A stretch of DNA of 32,000 nt from an uncultured Chloroflexia bacterium (lineage in GTDB: Bacteria > Chloroflexota > Anaerolineae > Anaerolineales > Anaerolineaceae): contig OY969938.1 of the NCBI GenBank assembly GCA_963704755.1, forward strand, positions 360,001 to 392,000. Reading direction: 5' to 3'. Below, one piece after another: positions 1-9,105 of this stretch. Each line of letters begins with the position of its first letter. The stretch's first letter is position 1. The translations under genes and the position numbers were made by a program. The notes below the pieces were generated by a model. That model had not been told where the DNA came from, made no database searches, and was given only the letters and a program-made list of their open reading frames with translations.

Positions 1-130
1 CCATTCCCCATCCCAGCAGTTTAGCTAAAACGGCCAGAGGGAATGCGACGATTAGAATTGACAGGGGATTTTTGCGCAGGTAATTCTGCAATGGCTTCAA
101 TGATTCCTTTAGCGAGTTTTTCTTTCCCAA
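1..130 (-). CDS. possible 5-prime end of a membrane-protein gene running off the left edge (partial)
   Basis: Reverse-complement reading from TTG at 130 gives LGKKNSLKESLKPLQNYLRKNPLSILIVAFPLAVLAKLLGWGM with no stop to position 1. This is a basic N-terminus followed by a TM-like hydrophobic stretch. It is too short to appear in the ORF track, has only a TTG start and no clear RBS. Confidence 0.25.
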   Translation of the reverse strand, partial: MGKKNSLKESLKPLQNYLRKNPLSILIVAFPLAVLAKLLGWGM

Positions 131-183
131 CCGGACTGGCTGGTTTGCCCTTTATTCAGGACGGACGGTAGGTATATTATATC

Positions 184-1380
184 GTGATTGGAATGGCAGA
201 CAGAAACCCGGTTACATCGCTCGCTCCCACTCCGAGCATTCCTGACGAGCCATGTTATAATCTTTCCAACACAGCCGCTATGGAAGAGCCGAAAGAAATC
301 CCTCAAATTCTTGGAAACCGGTACAAGCTTCTCCAAACCATTGGTACGGGGGGCATGGCCATGGTATACCGGGCCCAGGATTTGATGCTCGAACGGCCGG
401 TCGCGATCAAAATATTGCGCCAGGATTTTTCCACCAACGAGAGCTTCCGCGAACGCTTTCGCCTGGAAGCCCGCGCAGCAGCCAACCTGTCGCATCCCAA
501 TATCGTCACGGTCCACGACTTCGGTTATGACGAAGAACATCTGTACCTGGTCATGGAATATGTACCGGGCACCGATCTTAAAACCATAATCCGTGAGAGA
601 GGCAGCCTGCCCATCTCGGAAGCGGTTAATATCATCATTCAAGCCTCGGCCGGAATTGGCTATGCGCACCGCGCTGGCTTGATCCATTGCGACGTAAAAC
701 CGCACAACATGCTGGTGTCGCCCGACCAGCGCGTCAAGGTGACCGACTTCGGTATTGCCCGCGCCATGGCCAGCATCGAACCGGACGAGAAACACGACGT
801 AGTCTGGGGCTCACCGCTTTACTTTTCGCCCGAGCAGGCCGCCGGCCTGGCGCCTTCGCCGGCTTCGGATGTTTACTCACTGGGTGTGGTGCTGTACGAG
901 CTCACCACCGGCCGTTTGCCTTTCAACCACAATGACCCGTCTGAACTGGCACGCCTGCACCGTGAGGTCAACCCTGTCCCGCCAAGCAAACTGAACCCGG
1001 ATATTCCGCCCGCGTTGGAACAGATTATCCTCAAAGTCCTATCCAAAGAGCCGGCCGCTCGCTATCGCACGGCCGATCAGTTAGGCCGGGTGCTATCCAA
1101 CTTTTTGAACAGCGAAGCCACGCAAGGGTCACCCGCGTATAGCTACCCCGTCCCGCCGGCCGGCGTTCCCGCTAACCCTGCCGGATCTGGCACATCCATC
1201 CCCATCCAACCCGGCCCAGCCGTATCCACCCAGCCCAGCGCGGAAGACAGCGACGAGGATACTTCCCTCGACATCGATTGGAGCCTCATCGGCCTGGCGC
1301 TCGTGGCAATCCTGGCCGTAGGCGGGCTAATCCCTTTCTGGCTGTGGATCTGGTTCACTTTTAACCCACCGATTGCATAA
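184..1380 (+). CDS. Hanks-type Ser/Thr protein kinase, C-terminal membrane anchor
   Basis: Gly loop IGTGGMAMVYRA, VAIK lysine, catalytic loop HCDVKPHN, DFG and SPEQ motifs. A Pro-rich linker is followed by a single TM (WSLIGLALVAILAVGGLIPFWLWIWF) with 8 residues after it before the stop. The start is ambiguous: GTG 184, ATG 193 or ATG 280 (MEEPKEIPQILGNRYKL). Confidence 0.93.
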   Translation: MIGMADRNPVTSLAPTPSIPDEPCYNLSNTAAMEEPKEIPQILGNRYKLLQTIGTGGMAMVYRAQDLMLERPVAIKILRQDFSTNESFRERFRLEARAAANLSHPNIVTVHDFGYDEEHLYLVMEYVPGTDLKTIIRERGSLPISEAVNIIIQASAGIGYAHRAGLIHCDVKPHNMLVSPDQRVKVTDFGIARAMASIEPDEKHDVVWGSPLYFSPEQAAGLAPSPASDVYSLGVVLYELTTGRLPFNHNDPSELARLHREVNPVPPSKLNPDIPPALEQIILKVLSKEPAARYRTADQLGRVLSNFLNSEATQGSPAYSYPVPPAGVPANPAGSGTSIPIQPGPAVSTQPSAEDSDEDTSLDIDWSLIGLALVAILAVGGLIPFWLWIWFTFNPPIA

Positions 1381-1384
1381 CATC

Positions 1385-2047
1385 ATGGATTCGTTAACGC
1401 TTTCCTCATCAATACTTTCAGCCGATTTTTCCAACCTTGCCGATCAAATTCACCAGGCAGAACAGGCCGGTATCGATTGGATTCATATCGATGTGATGGA
1501 TGGCCATTTCGTCCCGAACATCACGATGGGGCCATTTGTGGTCGCGACCTGCCGCCGCATCACCAACCTGCCCCTGGACGTTCACCTGATGATCGAAAAG
1601 CCTGAAAACCATATCGAGGCTTTCATTCAGGCCGGTGCCAACACGGTATCTATTCACCTGGAAGGAAATTCCAGTATCCACCGCACGGTACAGGGTATCC
1701 GGGATATGGGTGCCCACCCGGGCATTGTCATCAACCCCGGCACAGCGGTTAGCGCGCTGGATGCCATATGTACCAGCATCGATTACGTACTGGTAATGTC
1801 GGTTAATCCAGGCTTCTCCGGCCAGAAATTCCTCCCGGAAACCGTTCAACGAGTAGCATCCGTACGCCGCCTGCTCGACGAAAAGAACCCCCAAGCCTTC
1901 ATCGAAGTCGATGGCGGGGTCGATCACACCAATATCGGCTCCCTATATCAGGCGGGGGCTCGTTGTTTCGTCTCGGCCACAGCCATCTTCAAGTATCCCC
2001 AAGGGATCGCTGCTGGCATCCAGGCCTTACGCCAGGCAGTGATTTAA
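1385..2047 (+). CDS. rpe: ribulose-phosphate 3-epimerase
   Basis: SILSADFSNLADQI, IHIDVMDGHFVPNITMGP, DVHLM, MSVNPGFSGQKF and VDGG are the classic Rpe TIM-barrel motifs. The ORF opens at TTG 1373, overlapping the kinase stop; ATG 1385 (MDSLTLSSS) is the more likely start. Confidence 0.93.
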   Translation: MDSLTLSSSILSADFSNLADQIHQAEQAGIDWIHIDVMDGHFVPNITMGPFVVATCRRITNLPLDVHLMIEKPENHIEAFIQAGANTVSIHLEGNSSIHRTVQGIRDMGAHPGIVINPGTAVSALDAICTSIDYVLVMSVNPGFSGQKFLPETVQRVASVRRLLDEKNPQAFIEVDGGVDHTNIGSLYQAGARCFVSATAIFKYPQGIAAGIQALRQAVI

Positions 2048-2050
2048 ATA

Positions 2051-2074
2051 AAAATGCGGCTTTCGCCGCAATTT
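2051..2074. terminator. short bidirectional intrinsic terminator between convergent rpe and rpmB
   Basis: AAAATGCGGC-TTTC-GCCGCAATTT: a 6-bp GC stem (TGCGGC/GCCGCA) with an A-run 5-prime and a T-run 3-prime, so a U-tract follows the hairpin on either strand. Confidence 0.55.
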
Positions 2075-2095
2075 AGGAAAGAAAAAGTTACCCGA

Positions 2096-2278
2096 TTATT
2101 TGGTCTTTACCAATGTACGAATACACTTGGCGCACAGAACCTTGCGAACTTTTTTACCATTCTCCATTACCGTTACTTTTTGGAGATTTGGCTTGAAAGT
2201 CCGGTTGGTTGCACGGAGGGAAAAGCTGCGGTTATGACCAAAAGCTGTGGTTTTCCCGCAATTCTCACATTTTGCCAT
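2096..2278 (-). CDS. rpmB: 50S ribosomal protein L28
   Basis: MAKCENCGKTTAFGHNRSFSLRATNRTFKPNLQKVTVMENGKKVRKVLCAKCIRTLVK, 60 aa, a typical L28. The listed ORF (to 2335) carries an unlikely 19-aa N-terminal extension. Confidence 0.93.
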   Translation of the reverse strand: MAKCENCGKTTAFGHNRSFSLRATNRTFKPNLQKVTVMENGKKVRKVLCAKCIRTLVKTK

Positions 2279-2341
2279 GTCAATGATTCCTTTCCTGCAA
2301 GATCGCTCTTTGCCGAGTATAATTGCTAGACGCAAGATTGG

Positions 2342-2370
2342 ATTTTACCACAAACAAAATCTTTTTACAA
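2342..2370 (-). promoter_or_regulatory. candidate sigma70-type promoter for rpmB
   Basis: The minus strand reads TTGTAA (2370-2365), a 17-nt spacer ending in TGG, then TAAAAT (2347-2342), which is extended -10 like. It lies about 65-90 nt upstream of the rpmB ATG. Sequence-only prediction. Confidence 0.35.
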
Positions 2371-2404
2371 CAAGGACTGCTTTGGATCATAAAAGGATAC
2401 TTAG

Positions 2405-2758
2405 ATGAAAGAGACCAATGCTTCAGGCAATATCTTCATCTCCCATCGAGCAATCGCGTCGATTGCCCACCAGGCTGCTACCGGCTCTTACGGAGTGGTC
2501 GGTCTTACGGTAAAGAACCTGGCTGAAGGATTGACCCAAGCCCTGGTCAAGGATCCCACCCGGGGGGTTGATTGCGAGTTTTCGGATGACGGTGTTTCTA
2601 TTGACTTGTATATCATCGTAGAGTACGGTACCCGCATAAAAATGGTGGCCGCCAGCGTTGCCGATAGCGTACGCTATCAGGTCGAGAAAACCATCGGATT
2701 ACCGGTAAAAAATGTAAACGTACACGTTCGCGGATTGCGGATCAGCGATCTGGATTGA
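2405..2758 (+). CDS. Asp23/Gls24 (alkaline shock protein, YloU-like) family protein
   Basis: NIFISHRAIASIAHQAATGSYGVVGL and the C-terminal VNVHVRGL pattern are typical of Asp23/DUF322. It is positioned upstream of a DAK2/YloV gene, as in Firmicutes. Confidence 0.85.
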   Translation: MKETNASGNIFISHRAIASIAHQAATGSYGVVGLTVKNLAEGLTQALVKDPTRGVDCEFSDDGVSIDLYIIVEYGTRIKMVAASVADSVRYQVEKTIGLPVKNVNVHVRGLRISDLD

Positions 2759-2788
2759 GCGATACCATCTCATTTTCCTGGGAGTATT

Positions 2789-4471
2789 ATGAGCAGTGAT
2801 GTTAATTTTCCATCCATGGTGGATGGCCGCGAACTGGCGAATACCGGTTATTTAGATGGTCAAGGGTTAAAGGTACTGGTCGAAGCCGGGATGACCTGGC
2901 TAAAAACAAACCAACAACTCGTGAATTCGCTGAATGTATTTCCGGTGCCGGATGGGGACACCGGTACGAATATGTTGTTAACCATGCAGGCAGCCTATAA
3001 TGAAATTGCGCACCAGGGTGAAAACAACGTCGGCAAAATTGCTCACGCGGTTGCCCAGGGTGCCTTAATGGGTGCGCGGGGGAACTCCGGAGTTATCCTC
3101 TCACAGATCTGGCGTGGCTTTGCGCGGGCCCTGGATAACCTGGAGAAAGCTGACGGCGAAACAATCATTAAAGCCCTGGTCGAGGCCCGAAATACAGCCT
3201 ACAAGGGCGTCGTACGGCCGGTAGAAGGGACAATTCTCACCGTAGCCAAAGCTGTCGCCACTTCCGGTAAATCACTGGCTAACCAGCCTCTTTCACTGGA
3301 CTGGCTGGAACAGATCGTCGCCGACGCGGAAGAATGGGTTAAGCACACTCCCGAGCTCTTACCCATCCTCAAACAGGCCGGCGTTGTTGATTCTGGTGGT
3401 GAGGGCCTGTTTATCATCCTGGAAGGGATGCTGCGGTTCCTCAAGGGCCAGTCCCTGGAGACCTCCGCCACAATCATCCAGCCCCTCGGATCGATGAACC
3501 TGGATAACACAATGGAAGAAATCGAACCCGGTCAGGATTACGAAGTTGTCGTCGATTTCAAGCCAAGTCAGCCGTTGGACCTGGAAAAATTCTATGCTGA
3601 CCTGACCGAGATGGGTACTTCGATCCAGGTGGGTGAAGGGGATGGCATGTACCGTATGCACATCCATGTCCCCACCGAAAATAGATATCTGCCGATCGAT
3701 TACACCATGACCCTGGGTACCATTACCAAGGTCGCCATGGAAAACCTGATCGCTCAGATGGAATCACAGAAGAACGAGTCTGCCACCAATATCCCTCTGA
3801 CCCCGGTAGAGCCCGGGCAAATCGCAGTGGTGACCGTCTCACCCGGCCTGGGTCTCTCGCGGATTTTTGCCTCGTTAGGCGTGGCCGGCATTATCGAAGG
3901 CGGCCAGACGATGAACCCCAGCACCGAAGAGATTCTGAATTCTTTCGAAAACTTTCCCACTGACCGGATCATCATCCTGCCCAACAACAAGAACATTATT
4001 ATGGCCGCAAAAAACGCCGCGGACCTGACGGTAAAGAAAGTCAAGGTCATCTCCTCCAAGACCATCCCGCAGGGTTTGAACGCCATGCTGCGCCATGACC
4101 CGGACGGCGACCTGGACCGTATCGCGGCCGAAATGAGCGAAGCCCTGACCGAGGTTGAAACCGGAGAAATTACCACAGCGACTCGTTCGGCTGAGATCAA
4201 CGGAGTCAAGGTGGCTCAAGGTGAAGTGATCGCCTTGCTGAACGGAGACCTGGTGGTCTCATCGGATGATTTAGGCCAGGCCTGCATAAAACTGCTCGAA
4301 CGGGCCAGCACCAGTGAACGCGAACGGATTACACTCTTCTACGGCCAGAATATCTCCAAGTCAGAAGTCAATCATGTGGTCGATCTGATCCGGCAGCAAT
4401 ACCCTTCTCACGAAATTGAATTACACGAAGGTGGACAGCCTCACTACCAGCTTATCGTTTCAATCGAATGA
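2789..4471 (+). CDS. fakA: DAK2-domain fatty acid kinase subunit (YloV/FakA-like)
   Basis: LNVFPVPDGDTGTNM Dak-phosphatase motif, GNSGVILSQ, ~560 aa YloV architecture, followed directly by a DegV gene. Confidence 0.88.
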   Translation: MSSDVNFPSMVDGRELANTGYLDGQGLKVLVEAGMTWLKTNQQLVNSLNVFPVPDGDTGTNMLLTMQAAYNEIAHQGENNVGKIAHAVAQGALMGARGNSGVILSQIWRGFARALDNLEKADGETIIKALVEARNTAYKGVVRPVEGTILTVAKAVATSGKSLANQPLSLDWLEQIVADAEEWVKHTPELLPILKQAGVVDSGGEGLFIILEGMLRFLKGQSLETSATIIQPLGSMNLDNTMEEIEPGQDYEVVVDFKPSQPLDLEKFYADLTEMGTSIQVGEGDGMYRMHIHVPTENRYLPIDYTMTLGTITKVAMENLIAQMESQKNESATNIPLTPVEPGQIAVVTVSPGLGLSRIFASLGVAGIIEGGQTMNPSTEEILNSFENFPTDRIIILPNNKNIIMAAKNAADLTVKKVKVISSKTIPQGLNAMLRHDPDGDLDRIAAEMSEALTEVETGEITTATRSAEINGVKVAQGEVIALLNGDLVVSSDDLGQACIKLLERASTSERERITLFYGQNISKSEVNHVVDLIRQQYPSHEIELHEGGQPHYQLIVSIE

Positions 4472-4477
4472 TCCGCC

Positions 4478-5326
4478 ATGTCAAAAACCTGCCTGCTAAC
4501 GGATAGCTCGGCGCAATTCCCAAATTATTCCTTTCCTGGCCAGGAGTACATTCGTGTGCTCTCCTACGATATCCAGTTAAACGGGATGATTTACCTTGCA
4601 GGCGGAGACCTTAAAACCAGCGATTTACCCAATTCAGCCGGGGACGGTTATTCTCCCAGATTGATTACCCCACCCCAAGAAGCCCTCAGCCAGCTTCTAC
4701 GCTCCCTGGGTAAAGAATTCGACAGCATCCTGGTCCTGGTCCAATCCGACCATTTAAGTCACGCATACGAGATCGCCAGTGCCGCAGTAGGGAACCTGGC
4801 TGCATTCCGCGAGATTGTGGTCATCAATTCCCAGACCACTTCAGTCGGCCTGGGGTTACTGGTCGAACAGGCCGCTGAAGCGCTTGCTTCGGGGGCGACA
4901 TTTAGTGAAATCGAACACTTTGTTCGCCGGCAAATCCCGCATATCTACACGATCCTCTGCACGCCGGGTTTGAGCTATCTTTACCACGCCGGCATTGTCG
5001 AGCACGCCCAGGCAATTGCTGGAGAGTTGCTCAACTTTATTACGATTTATAGCATGGAAGAAGAACGGCTGACGCCGCTGGAAAAAGTGCGCAGCTATCG
5101 CAATACCATCGAAGTCTTTACCGAATTCCTGGGAGAATTCGATGATCTCTATCACATCGCGCTCATACAAAGCAACCCGCCGCTGATCCAGGAGACGCGG
5201 ACCGTACGCCAGTTGTTCCAGGAAATCTACCCGGATACGGCGTACACCGAGCATAACCTCAATTTGCCGCTTTCGATCGTGTTAGGACCGCGTGCCATTG
5301 GCCTGGTCGCCGCTGAGAAGGTATAA
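4478..5326 (+). CDS. fakB: DegV-family fatty-acid-binding protein (FakB-like)
   Basis: N-terminal CLLTDSSAQFP (the DegV TDS motif), ~280 aa, located 6 nt downstream of the fakA-like stop. Confidence 0.85.
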   Translation: MSKTCLLTDSSAQFPNYSFPGQEYIRVLSYDIQLNGMIYLAGGDLKTSDLPNSAGDGYSPRLITPPQEALSQLLRSLGKEFDSILVLVQSDHLSHAYEIASAAVGNLAAFREIVVINSQTTSVGLGLLVEQAAEALASGATFSEIEHFVRRQIPHIYTILCTPGLSYLYHAGIVEHAQAIAGELLNFITIYSMEEERLTPLEKVRSYRNTIEVFTEFLGEFDDLYHIALIQSNPPLIQETRTVRQLFQEIYPDTAYTEHNLNLPLSIVLGPRAIGLVAAEKV

Positions 5327-5406
5327 TCGCTTTACTACACGCACAATCTTGAGATCGCTGGCTGCTTCGTTGCCGCTAACGAACGGTTATAGGGTAAAAT
5401 ATTTCT

Positions 5407-7867
5407 ATGCCTTCTCCTGTTGAAAAACTACAAAAATTCTTGATTCTGGAAAAAGACCGCGGTTATGACAACCGCGCTGTCGTAGGTGGCCTGGATAAGA
5501 TCGTCACCTCATGGAAAAGTGAAGCCGAGTCAAACAAACTGCCCCGGGAAGTGATCGACCAGGTTTGTTTGATCCTGACCGTTTACCCATCCGAAGAGCC
5601 AGAATCACGCGCCGTTTTCGTTGATAAGATTTTGCAACTAATCGATAAGTTGGAAAATGCGAATAATGAAGACGCTGTCCCCGCACAGAACAGGCAGCCT
5701 GTCCCCCGGCCGGATGGACCTGCACGCTCGCCTCGCACCCGTTCAACTGTGGAGCGCAGCCGGCCTGGCCTGCGGAAAGACGAACAGCCGGTCGGTCTGA
5801 ATGCCAGCCTGACGGTTTTGCCGGGTATTGGGGTCAAAAACGCCCAATATTTCAAACAGTTGGAAATCAATACCCTGGGCGACCTGCTCTTCTATTTTCC
5901 CCGCAGGTACGATGATTATTCTCATCTCAAGCCTGATTAACCGTTTGGAATATGGCGAAGTCCTCAGTGTCATCGGTACGGTCAAAAACGTGTTCAATCG
6001 CCAGGTCCGAAATGGCAAGATGCAAATTTTCGAAATCGTCCTTTCGGATGGCACCGGATCACTGCGCGTAACCTGGTTCAATCAGCCCTGGCTGGAGAAA
6101 GCCATCCAGACCGGTGACCAAATTGCCATCTCTGGCAAAGTAGATATCTATCTCGGTCGCCTGTGCATGAATAGCCCTGAATGGGAACCCATCGATCGCG
6201 AGCACCTGAATACCACTCGCATCGTCCCGGTCTATCCCCTCACGGCAAATGTGACCCAGCGCATGTTACGCCGTGCCATGCAGCAGACGGTCAGCTATTG
6301 GGCTTCGCGGATCAACGACTTTTTACCCGAGGAAGTACGCGCCGAGGGAGAGCTGGTCCGCCTGCAAGATGCTATCCAGCAGATCCATTTCCCCGATGAT
6401 GAAAATGCCTTGCGAGTCGCCCGCGAAAGGCTGGCTTTTGACGAAATCTTCCTGATCCAATTGGGAGTCTTGCGCCAGAAAATGGCCTGGCAGGCCAATA
6501 CTGCCCGGGTTTACGCGACACCGGAAGATTGGCTCGAAACTCGCATCGAACGCCTGCCCTACCAGCTAACCAACGCCCAAAAGCGGGCCATCACCGAAAT
6601 CCGTACCGACCTGGAATCGGGCCGGCCGATGAACCGCCTGCTCCAGGGAGACGTCGGTTCCGGAAAGACCATTGTAGCCGCCCTGGGCGTGGAAATGATT
6701 GCCCGCCATGGTGTGCAGTCCGCGCTGATGGCGCCCACCAGCATCCTGGCCGAACAGCACTACCGCAACCTGGTCGCTTTGGCTTCGGCCGAGGAAGACG
6801 GCGACGGTTTGGTGATCCACCCGGAAGAAATCGGCCTGCTGATCGGGGATACGCCTGAAGCCGAGAAGCAAACCATTCGGGAACGTCTCAAAGACGGCTC
6901 GATCAAGCTGGTCATTGGCACCCACGCGCTTTTAGAAGACCCAATCGAGTTCAAGGACCTGCAATTTACCATCATAGACGAGCAGCATCGCTTTGGGGTC
7001 AACCAACGTGCGATTTTGCGTTCGAAAGGCGATAACCCGCACCTGCTGGTCATGACCGCCACGCCCATCCCGCGTTCGCTGGCGTTGACTATTTACGGCG
7101 ACCTGGACCTGTCGGTGATGGATGAGATGCCGGCCGGACGCCAGCCGGTGGAGACCTACATTTTCACCCCCACCGAACGCGAACGCGCATATACTTTCGT
7201 CCACGGGCAGGTCAGCGAAGGGCATCAGGCCTTTATCGTCTACCCCCTGGTGGACCAGGAAGAGAGCCAAGAGGTCCTGGCAGCCGTGCAGCAGCGCGAC
7301 CGTTTACAGCAAGAAGTTTTCCCGGGTATGGAAATCGGCTTGCTCCACGGGCGGATGAAGTCGGATGAAAAGGACGCGGTCATGAGCGCCTTCCGGGATG
7401 GTAAATTCCCCATTCTCGTTTCCACCTCGGTCATCGAAGTCGGCGTGGATATTCCTAACGCTACGGTTATGCTCATCGAAGGCGCCAACCGTTTTGGCCT
7501 GGCCCAGCTTCACCAATTGCGTGGGCGGGTCGGTCGCGGTGCAGACAAATCGTTTTGTATCCTTATCCCCGACAAAGATGATGCGGCCGAGAACGAGCGC
7601 TTGAAAGCCATGGAAGAGACCAACGATGGCTTCGTCCTGGCTGAACGCGACCTGGATCAGCGTGGCCCTGGTGAATTCCTGGGCACGCGGCAGGCCGGCT
7701 TCTCGGAGCTACGCCTGGCCAATCTCAGCAACTTGCATTTAATCGAAAAAGCACGTAACCTCGCCTTGAAACTGTTTGGCAACGATCCGGACCTGGCCTT
7801 ACCCGAAAACGCATCCTTGAAAAAACAGTTGGACGTATTCTGGGGCGGCGGTGGCGATATCAGTTGA
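5407..7867 (+). CDS. recG: ATP-dependent DNA helicase RecG, reading frame interrupted by one extra nucleotide near 5935 (as sequenced it splits into 5407..5940 and 5936..7867)
   Basis: ORF 1 ends LPGIGVKNAQYFKQLEINTLGDLLFYFPRRYDDYSHLKP-D-stop. The +1 frame continues seamlessly from 5936 with INRLEYGEVLSVIGTVKN (wedge/OB domain). Helicase motifs follow: GDVGSGKT, DEQHRFG, MTATPIPR, TSVIEVGVDIPNAT and QLHQLRGRVGRG. Confidence 0.9.
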
Positions 7868-7888
7868 ACTGGTAAAAATCGAGGCATC

Positions 7889-8413
7889 ATGATAAAAGCT
7901 GTATTTCCAGGTACGTTCGACCCCATCCACTACGGGCACATCGACATCGCCCGGCGGGCGAGTCGCTTGTTTGACGAGGTCATTATCGCCGTCTACGACC
8001 GGCCTCTCAAAAATTTGCTTTTTTCACCCGATGAACGGCTGGACCTGGTGCGAAAAACCTTCATTGCCGAGCCAAAATTCTCGGTTATGGGGTATAGTGG
8101 GTTGACGGTCGAGTTTTGCCGTCAGATCGGTGTCCAGGTAATCGTTCGTGGATTGCGCGTTTTCTCTGATTTCGAGCATGAATTCCGCATGGCCCTGGCC
8201 AACCACCGGCTGGAGCCGGATATCGAGATCGTCGCCTTGATCACCAGCGAGCAGCATACTTTCCTGTCCTCGACTACGGTGCGTGAAATCGCTTCGCTTG
8301 GGGGAGATGTCAGCAGTATGGTTCCTCCTTTCGTGGCAGACGCCCTTATACAACGGTTTAAGGAGTTAGGGGATGGCCAGTCGGTCGTCCCGTTTACATC
8401 ATTGAGAGATTGA
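7889..8413 (+). CDS. coaD: phosphopantetheine adenylyltransferase
   Basis: MIKAVFPGTFDPIHYGHIDI (T/HxGH nucleotidyltransferase motif) and the ISSTTVREI-type C-terminal motif, ~170 aa. Confidence 0.93.
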   Translation: MIKAVFPGTFDPIHYGHIDIARRASRLFDEVIIAVYDRPLKNLLFSPDERLDLVRKTFIAEPKFSVMGYSGLTVEFCRQIGVQVIVRGLRVFSDFEHEFRMALANHRLEPDIEIVALITSEQHTFLSSTTVREIASLGGDVSSMVPPFVADALIQRFKELGDGQSVVPFTSLRD

Positions 8414-8485
8414 GCTATTTTTTAACTTTAAGAATTGGCCTGATAATTGCATCGAAGGGATTGATCGAATTCGTGTGGAGGGAAG

Positions 8486-8977
8486 ATGGACATCCTGCAT
8501 CTGGTTGACCGGCTGGAAGAATTATTCAATGAAAGCAAACCCGTATGGTTTACCCATTCTGTTCTGGTAGACGAGGATCGTTTTCTCGATCTCATCGACC
8601 AGATGCGGGTTTCCATTCCTGAAGAGATCAAAAAAGCCCAGCAAATCCTAACTCAACGCGACCGGATTTTAGCCCAGGCCCAGGAAGAAGCCAATCGTAC
8701 ATTGCAAATCGCCCGCGAAAAAGCCGACCAGGTGATCGAACGGGATGCGATCATCCAGGCAGCCCAGGCACGCGCCGAGCAAATCATTCAACAGGCCCGC
8801 CTGGAGACAGATAACTCCAAGCACGACGCGGACGACTACATTCTGGCCACCCTTTCCGGTTTGGAGACCGAGTTGGAAAAGCTGCTCGTCCAGGTCCGCA
8901 ATGGAGTCCGGACGGTCCAAATTGAAAAAGTGCAGCCTGCCTCGGCGATGGATCCGCGCCAGGGGCCCAAGGAATAA
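8486..8977 (+). CDS. coiled-coil protein of unknown function (ATP-synthase b/E-subunit-like heptad region)
   Basis: 163 aa with a long Q/A/E/R-rich helical stretch (AQQILTQRDRILAQAQEEANRTLQIAREKADQVIERDAIIQAAQARAEQIIQQARLE). A GGAGGG RBS lies 4-5 nt upstream of the ATG. No catalytic motif recognised. Confidence 0.6.
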   Translation: MDILHLVDRLEELFNESKPVWFTHSVLVDEDRFLDLIDQMRVSIPEEIKKAQQILTQRDRILAQAQEEANRTLQIAREKADQVIERDAIIQAAQARAEQIIQQARLETDNSKHDADDYILATLSGLETELEKLLVQVRNGVRTVQIEKVQPASAMDPRQGPKE

Positions 8978-8983
8978 GAGGCG

Positions 8984-9024
8984 AGGGATTGTATCGGGCG
9001 GCGAAACCGCCCGATACAATCCCT
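8984..9024 (+). terminator. long-stem hairpin / intrinsic terminator after the coiled-coil gene
   Basis: AGGGATTGTATCGGGCGG-CGAAA-CCGCCCGATACAATCCCT: a perfect 18-bp stem with a 5-nt loop, followed by TT, starting 7 nt after the stop codon. Confidence 0.7.
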
Positions 9025-9031
9025 TTGGCAC

Positions 9032-9067
9032 AAAAAAAGAGGCTATCCGTTGGATAGCCTCTTTTTT
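9032..9067. terminator. bidirectional intrinsic terminator (serves lon on the minus strand)
   Basis: AAAAAAAGAGGCTATCC-GTT-GGATAGCCTCTTTTTT: an 11-bp stem flanked by A7 and T6, located between convergent genes. Confidence 0.85.
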
Positions 9068-9105
9068 ATTATTTACTACTTAGCCAAACCGCAAAGAACC
9101 TCAAA

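Noticed and set aside
5828-5935. Using the ORF-track start at 5828 as an independent RecG start.
   Set aside because: Residues translated from 5828-5935 (MGSKTPNISNSWKSIPWATCSSIFPAGTMIILISSL) are an out-of-frame reading of the true RecG N-terminus encoded in the other frame. Homology begins only at 5936.
5932-5940. Programmed +1 ribosomal frameshift in recG (CCU GAU UAA C), analogous to prfB.
   Set aside because: There is no slippery P-site codon that re-pairs in the +1 frame (GAU to AUU is poor) and no upstream SD-like stimulator. I know of no precedent for recG. An indel or mutation is the simpler explanation.
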